A stretch of 54,768 bases of DNA, the filler included, from Squatina squatina (Eukaryota): NCBI GenBank assembly GCA_031763465.1. It is 3 parts of 3 records of this genome, joined end to end, with 100 filler letters (N's around TTAATTAATTAA, not from the genome) between each part and the next. Parts side by side here need not be neighbours in the genome. Positions count along the whole stretch, not along the records: positions 34,407 to 54,768 come from JARFOE010000080.1; 2 more parts are not named here. One strand, 5' to 3'. Positions 47,193 to 54,768 of the stretch are shown one piece after another. The translations under genes were made by a program, and so were the position numbers. Numbering within the stretch: the stretch's first letter is position 1; every line of letters begins with the position of its first letter. The notes below the pieces were generated by a model that saw nothing but the letters and a program-made list of their open reading frames with translations, searched no databases and was not told the origin of the DNA.

Positions 47193-48280
47193 AAAGTTTT
47201 GGAATCCTTTGTGGTTCCTTATTGTTGTTATATCATTATATTTCCAACCTAACTACTTTTCAAGACTGCTTTTGAAAAAGCTTTTCAAAATATTATTAAA
47301 TCAGATTTGTGAAAAACAAATTCTGACGACAAGACATTGAGGAGACATAAGAATTGTGAAGAGATAAATCCAGAGAAGAGCTGGAAATGACCTACCTTTT
47401 TAATGTCAAAGTATATAAGTTGTCACAAATTCAGGACTGAAAGTACACCACAGTTACAAATCACATCAGCTGCATTGTTTTAGCTGAATCATTCATCCAT
47501 GCCAACCTAGAAAACTCACAAAAGCTGCTGGACAGCTTCAAGAAAAGACACATAGCCCCAAAGAGCTGATAACTGACAAAGTAAAAACTAACAACTCAAA
47601 ACAGGTCTGACGATAGGCCTCTGACCAAGGCCACTGCTTTACAATCACTGAATAAGTTGAACTATGTTTCATTACATGGGATTGATTGCAAGGTTTTTGT
47701 CAGTGTTTTAGATCACATTTCACAATCAGATCCCTTTGTCTGAAAACTGAAAATCAAAGGCCTTACCTATGATATGCCAAGCATACAGTGAGATGGTTGG
47801 CACATGTGTAGCAGACTAGAGTGAATTGTTCCTTTTTATCCTGTTTGTACTGTACACATACACAGGGATGGGCACTGAGGCACACTAAAGGGAGAGTCCT
47901 GTATTGTGCATAAGGTTTACTGATCAGACGCAATGCAAGTTGAAGACTTCAAAATGAAATATTTCATCAGAAAAATGATGATGGCAGTAAACAATGGAGC
48001 CAGCAGAATTAACTCTGTGACTGATACACGCCCCAGGTTAAGTTGGGATATTAATTTCAGGTTTTGTTGAGCCTGTATTTGTTCGCCCCTCAGAAACATC
48101 TCTTCATCGTCTAAATCATATAGTGTCATATTTGAACCCCCAAAAGACTTCCTATTCTTACCACTCTGATGTGATGTAAATGACAGCAGCAACCAAGAAT
48201 AATGAAGAAAAGTAAATGAAAAAATGGCATGCGACACAACAAAAATGACGAATGCATGGAGCAAAATGCAACAAAATATT

Positions 48281-48513
48281 GGCCCTAAATTTGCAATCGG
48301 AGTCTTCCTGCGTGCAGATGCCTCCAATCGCAGAAATGTCCAAGAATTTACCTGACAGTCCTGGATCCACGAAAACCTGGGATTTTCTTCCCCCACAGCT
48401 GGGCATGGGCATCAGTGCTCTGGTCTATCGTGGCTACGTGGTTCAGCGAGACTGGAGAGGTCACATGGGAGGCCCCAACCAATCAGGTAGGAGTATCTCT
48501 CATTCAAGCTTTG
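48281..48513 (+). mobile_element. second left-end copy of the 43583 element
   Basis: Shares cttcctgcgtg..gatgcctccaat, gtcctggatccacg and ctggagaggtcacatgggaggccccaacca with 43583-43820. Confidence 0.8.
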
Positions 48514-48676
48514 ANNNNNNNNNNNNNNNNNNNNNNNNNNNNNNNNNNNNNNNNNNNNNNNNNNNNNNNNNNNNNNNNNNNNNNNNNNNNNNNNNNNNNN
48601 NNNNNNNNNNNNNNTCATTTGAAATGTCCCCTGTTTGAGGAATATTAAATAACACTATGTGGTTCTGCTTTTCTAG

Positions 48677-48918
48677 CAATATCTCAAACAATTTTATCAC
48701 CTTGAAGATGATTCTTTGGAAGGTCTGAAAACCAGTAATGATGCTCTGAGAGAAAAGGTTAAGAAAATGCAAGAATTCTTTGGTCTCCTAGTAACGGGGG
48801 AGTTGGACTCTGCAACCGTGGAAATAATGAAGAGACCTCAATGCGGAGTTCACAATTTTCTTGAATACAATCACTTTCCAGGCAAAATCAAATGGCAACA
48901 TAAGAACTTGACTTACAG
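48677..48918 (+). CDS. MMP13: MMP13-like collagenase exon 2 (prodomain); exon 1 not visible
   Basis: QYLKQFYHL...KMQEFFGLLVTGELDSATVEIMKRPQCGVHNFLEYNHFPGKIKWQHKNLTY(R); lies downstream of DCUN1D5 as in tetrapods. Confidence 0.8.
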
Positions 48919-48968
48919 GTAAATTTTATGTTTTCCTGGTGTTTTTGATGGTATTGTTATTGCAGTAA

Positions 48969-49169
<201 letters not shown>

Positions 49170-49211
49170 TGACATTGGGCTAAATTAGGGAAGCACAATC
49201 ATGTACTATAA

Positions 49212-49385
<174 letters not shown>

Positions 49386-51185
49386 TAATGTAATCAAACT
49401 CAGTTGTTACAGAATATAGTCCACCTTAATCTAAAAAGCTTCTGCAGGCTACATCTTTTTGAGAAAAAGCAATCACCATATCAATATTAAAATGCTTTTA
49501 TATCAAAGTATATCTATATGTATACCATTTTCAAATGTATTTTTTAATTTGTACATTTTTTTAAATTTTAAGTAGCTATGTTTGCAGTATTTTAGGTCTC
49601 CCTGCACCACTTGAGTGAGGTGAGTGAGTGGTAAACCTTATTCAAGACCTCTACTAATCCTACTTTGCTGCTCAGAGGTGCAAGGGAGAGGTTCACAGCT
49701 ATTTGTACTTCAATTTTCCCTATCTCCCTTTGGGGAGCTACTTTGGTTCTATTTGGTGCTGCCCCCTTCATATTCTTTCCTTACCATATCGCCAGTACCA
49801 CAGGACTAGATTATAAACTTGCAATTGTAATTTGAGCTTTCTCACAAAATTTTTATCCTGTGTTTATAGCAAAACAAAGTTTTAATAAGCAGATTGAGTC
49901 TCCTGTGATCAGAAATTTGCATTGTTATACGTTTGAGATAGTATGACCAATAATTCCTGTTACCCTTTTACTGCAACACTGGACATTGGAGACAATGTGG
50001 TTGCCACCAGATTCTCCTATCTTCTCTGAAAGGATAAAACTCGTAGACAGATTTACTTACAAATAGAATAATACACAGAAACAGTATGTGACAACAAAAT
50101 ATTAAAACTTAGAATAGAAATAGAGTCAATCCACAAAGGTAAAATACTCATTTTAGGGCTTATCTCTTACACAACTTGATCAACAGGACTCTCTAAATAA
50201 AAGTCTTTCATAGACCATTGCAATGCAAAATTGTCCATGGATGATGCGAATGATCCATCCACAGAGTTCAGTTCTCTAGATCAAACTAAAGATATTGAGA
50301 GGTGTTCAATATGTATGTCACACCCAGGAACAGACCTGTCAATCAACAAACATCAGAGACACTGCCAAATATTATTATACAGAATGACTGACAAGCTGTT
50401 CAGACAATATCTGTTTGCCCAAGATCTGTTGATGCTTTGACCCAGTATAACTTAATAATAGCCAAGATAAAGGCTACCTAGCCTGTGTTTCACAGGCAAC
50501 CAGACTCTAAGGTGGAAAAATCCAGGGCGTTAATGCCTCCCGTTCATGCCCCAGGGGCGCTAACAGGGCACAAATGACTTTTTGCCTAGGCGTGGTGTCG
50601 CTATTGACTCCCGTGAAATTCCACGGGAGTTTAGCAATGGCAGTATCCAGTAGCGCCCCGCACCGCTGCGCCGGCAATGACAACGTCATCACCATGTATA
50701 ACAACCCATTTTCACCACGGAGCAAAAATTCAGTAGAGTCGACAGCTTCCATTTTAGAATTAGTTATTCCAAATTGTATGACATAAAATACAGAAATCTA
50801 CCTATTTTCCACACTAGCCATGGGGATAATCATGTATGGGAAACTGCACATTAAAACTCTTTATTACTATTGCTATTCCCTACCCCAAACAATTAACAGA
50901 AGAACTGGATTGAAGCTGTAATAATAAAAGATTTAGGTCAGCATTTTTCTTATTTACAATAAACCTGTGTATAACTTGCATTTTAAAACATGCTGGATAG
51001 GTACAGTTTATTACATTTTTCCTGATTTTAGTTTATATTTATTTATTATACATTATGTTGTGACTTTATACTAAACAAATTTCTTAGAACCTGTCATTTT
51101 AAACTGAGGCTTTAATATCCTCTGTCTCGTAATAGAATTCTGGAAAAGGGCTGTTATGATAGAATTGTTATGTATGGATTTGCAG

Positions 51186-51347
51186 GGTACAGCCTATTCA
51201 TGGTGGCTGCTCACGAATTTGGCCATTCTCTGGGAATGGCTCATTCTGAAGATGTGGGAGCTTTGATGTACCCCACATATACATATTCTCGTATGCGAGA
51301 CTTCCAACTGCCGGATGATGACGTTCAGGGAATTCAGGCACTGTATG
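51186..51347 (+). CDS. MMP13: MMP13-like exon 5 (catalytic zinc site)
   Basis: [53 protein letters not shown]; HExxHxxGxxH and Met-turn; [10 protein letters not shown] is MMP13-like. Confidence 0.85.
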
Positions 51348-52849
51348 GTAGGTCCAATTCACTTCTCTGTTGCAAAAATTATAAATATTAGCTTACATAA
51401 CTTTAATTAGTAGAAACTGCTTCAGTTCATGTTGCCATATAATCACAAATCCTTCTTAAGGTTTCATGGTAAGAATTTAAATCTGATATTTAAGATCAGG
51501 TAAACTGAGATTTTGTTATGATAGCAATAAATGAATCTTAATTTGAAAATATGAGTCAAAATCAGTCACACAGCAAAAGTAGACAAATGCTATAATACAC
51601 TGTCAGCACCCTATTTGGCATAATGATGCCAAATAATAAATATGCAGCACTCAGTACANNNNNNNNNNNNNNNNNNNNNNNNNNNNNNNNNNNNNNNNNN
51701 NNNNNNNNNNNNNNNNNNNNNNNNNNNNNNNNNNNNNNNNNNNNNNNNNNNNNNNNNNCCAGCCTAGACCCAGCCTTAGTCTAGTGCTGGAGAGTTTGTT
51801 ATTTAATACACACAGTTGTTTCAAGTTGCTGAGTCGTCTCAAGTCATTTCCAGCTCCAACCAAGAAACCCACGCACCATGCATAGCAGAAATCCTCGAGG
51901 CCTAATAAAAGACCCGGCCAACCAACAAAAAACATAAAAACCACAAAGTCACTTATTGTCCCCTTCTGTAGCCCTTTTAGCTTTTCCTCAATGTGAATTC
52001 CTCCAGCTCCAGGTAGGCAACTCACCATCCTATTTTTACAGCTACTCAAGCAATGGTAAAATAGGTGAAAGATCCAGCTTCAGAAATAAATGCATCTTTG
52101 TCCTGGGCCTGTGTTGAAGGTTCTGCCCTGAAGCTAGTTTCTTAATAGGAAAACAAAATGATAATGTTTAGTTCCTGGATAGAATCAGGGTCTGATCATC
52201 ACATTATTGCACAATATGGTACGGTAGTGAATGCAGGATGCCCCACAAATATTATTTTGCTTCTGCTAGGAAAAATGGATTTAGAAGTATGCTTGTCAAG
52301 AGGAATTTTGGAGGCCTGGTATATTGTCATCATTGGGGTCCGACTCCATATACTGAGAATGTTGGCAATTAATTCAATTTCAAAATCTGCTATAGATTAT
52401 AATCGAATGGAATTGAGGAAACAAGCATTTGTAATTTTCAACATTTAATAAATTAATCTGATAAGATTTTTAAGTGTTTATTTAACAGAAAACAGTGCAG
52501 GGATAGCTTGGACAGCGACTGAAAATATTAAATTCTGTGCAGTATATTACCGTTGTGGATTCATAGGGTAAGCTCAATTAATCCTACTTAAACATACATA
52601 ACTATGATTTCCATAAATTTTAACATCTTACTTCTTTTCTTTCCAAAAAATAGCAATAAATTTAATAAAAACAAGTTTTGATTTGCCCTTGGTGTTGCCA
52701 GGACATTACCATGCCTTGCACATACAAGCTAACCAATCAGAATTTATGGAACATTCTTGTGAGCTTTTACCTATAAACGCAGAAAAACAGAATTCTAGAG
52801 GGTTTCAGGCTGTACTCAATGAATATATTAAACAGTCAAAAATGAATTG

Positions 52850-54768
52850 TATCTGCAAGTCATGAGCAGAAAAAAGGAAAAACAGAGAAAAATTGCAGAG
52901 CAAGAAGCAGGGAAAAAAGGGTTAAAATCTTTTGGATGGAAATCAATTCAGTGCAGCGGGAAATCTTCAGATTCATCAGAGCAGGCAGAGACAGAGAATG
53001 GTGAAATATCTAACACATCTCATTCTGGTGCTGATGGCAACAAAATGGAGCAGCACCAGTTTGAGTGTGACGTTGAAGAAAATGAATAAGATGCTAATCC
53101 TCTAGATGACTAGTGCAGGAGGAGGAGGAAGGGTACAAAGAAGAAAAAGATGAACATGACCCACTTCATGTTTCTGCTGAGAAAATTCTCTCAGGACCTC
53201 TGAAACAGGATGATATAGACATGCTTGTTCGTCATAACAGGAAAATAAAACTCCATCCAAAAAAGTAGATCAAAGGAAAGCGATGTCCCCTTGCATTTCA
53301 CTCCTACACTTTCCCTAATGGAGAGAAAACTGAATGTGACTGGACAGCAGTGATGCAGCACACTGTTTGTTGCATTCCATGTCAATTTTTTCCCTGCTAG
53401 GTGCAGTAAGTCAAGGTTTTCTTCCAACTTTAGCCATGCCAATTGGGTGGACTGCAGATTGCAGCTGGCACAAGCTGTTTAAATGAACCCCTGACCACAA
53501 AAAAGTGCGGCTCAGAAGGAATGCTAAGCGAAATGGATAGATGTGAAAAGAAGATTGAAAGGTCATAAAAGCATCTACTCATTACTCGACTAAAATTTTA
53601 TAAATGAAAAAAAGGTGGAAGGAAATTCATAAACTTAATTTAGATGTCATTTTTCTTGGAGAATGAGGATTAGCTTTCCATGGCACAGCTCCAAGCTTTC
53701 CGTGGCACAATTGTCCAATGCCAATTTCTTAGGTTTTAATGAGTCGTTAGCCAAGAATGATCAGAGTTTGGGTGACCATGTCGATGAGGTGGAAAGGCAC
53801 AGGCGCAAAAAGAAAGACTTCAAGTACATTAATGTCACCTCAGAGACAAAATGAATTTATTTTAGAATGCATCGAACACGTGGTGAAAACAATCCTAGAC
53901 GAGAGGGGGCGAAATTGCCCCGCACCCCGTTTGGAGGCGGTAACATTCCAGGACTGGGACTTTTATCTCCCAGCCCAGAGGTCCTGCCCCCGACGCGGAA
54001 TTGGGACTACTGTCCCAGAAATGAAGCGTAGCACTGTCTCTGGTGCTCCACTTCATTTGGAGGCAGTGCCAGGGTGGTAGCGCGGCGCTGAATCCAGCGC
54101 AAAACAGGTGTTCCACGTAGTGCTGACACGCTACAACTCCCCTCTCCTTCCATTAAAGGGGAGGGCCACTGTTCACTCTGCATGGCCCTTTGGTGGCTGC
54201 CACATGGCCACCAGTGACGTGTGAGACTAGGCCAGCAGCCCGGTCAACGTTAGGGCCGCCATGGTTGTGCCGACCTAAGAGTCGGCCAACCAACAAAGAT
54301 GGCAGCCCGGGGTGCTGCAGACCTCCCCTTAAAACAGCAACCTGGGAGCCGAGGGCCACCAGCTTCACGACCCCTGAAGCTGGCATTGCCATTGGCTCAC
54401 ACCGGCCTCGTGTCCCATGAGGCAATTTCCTCTATGGGGCGTTAAGGGGTCGTGAGTGGTGGTGACGGGTCGATGCGCATGGTGATGATGTCAGTGCCGG
54501 TTGCACATCGGCCCGGGGCACTAAGCAAAGAGCACGGCGCTGATGGGACAGCGCCTCCCAAGCCTCTGGGGCAATTTCCCGGGAGGCAGTAGCACCCCCG
54601 ACAGGTGTAAACACATTTACGCCCTATTAGCACCCCCGGTGGCACGAACAGGACTATGAAAAGGGGCAATTTCTCCCCCTAAGTACTCTTCAATAATTTG
54701 CGATGTAACACCAGACAGCTCACACAAGGAACAGATAGCATTAGTGATCAGATATATTCATCAAGTAC
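52850..54768 (+). mobile_element. decayed hAT transposase (ZMYM1-like) interrupted by a MITE
   Basis: Fragments RLAFHG, NANFLG...LAKND, QNEFILECIEHVVKTILDE, and after the MITE KYSSIICDVTPDSSHKEQIALVIRYI (first catalytic Asp region). Confidence 0.75.
53905..54679. mobile_element. 775-bp GC-rich MITE
   Basis: TIR GGGGGCGAAATTGCCCC / GGGGCAATTTCTCCCCC; no clean TSD. Confidence 0.75.

Noticed and set aside
47205-47495. Runx-like TGTGGTT, TATA-like TATATAA and AP-1-like TGAATCA as the MMP13 promoter
   Set aside because: Short motifs in non-canonical order, no signal-peptide exon follows, and a gap of unknown size separates them from exon 2

Overview
Eukaryotic vertebrate DNA. The CR1/L2/Penelope/MITE repeat content and gene sequences suggest a cartilaginous fish (inference). 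The assembly is fragmentary, with many 100-N gaps. Two artificial linkers (N44-TTAATTAATTAA-N44 at 20283-20382 and 34307-34406) show the window is three concatenated pieces. Piece 1 (1-20282) has no recognisable host protein gene. It is a decayed tRNA cluster of about 18 tRNA-derived loci from 11 isotypes, only tRNA-Thr(AGT) intact, interleaved with CR1, L2 and Tx1 fragments and several minisatellites. Piece 2 (20383-34306) holds one ELP2 exon (-), a Penelope RT fragment, two HEPACAM2 Ig exons (+), four VPS50 exons (+) and several MITEs. Piece 3 (34407-54768) holds a near-complete DCUN1D5 (+), exons 2-5 of an MMP13-like gene with a non-canonical cysteine switch (PQCGVHN), and a decayed hAT transposase split by a MITE. 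I found no convincing wholly new biological system. The most notable items are the tRNA graveyard and its rearranged members, the LINE-derived 51-bp array and the deviant MMP prodomain. All homology calls come from recalled family sequences, not from searches.
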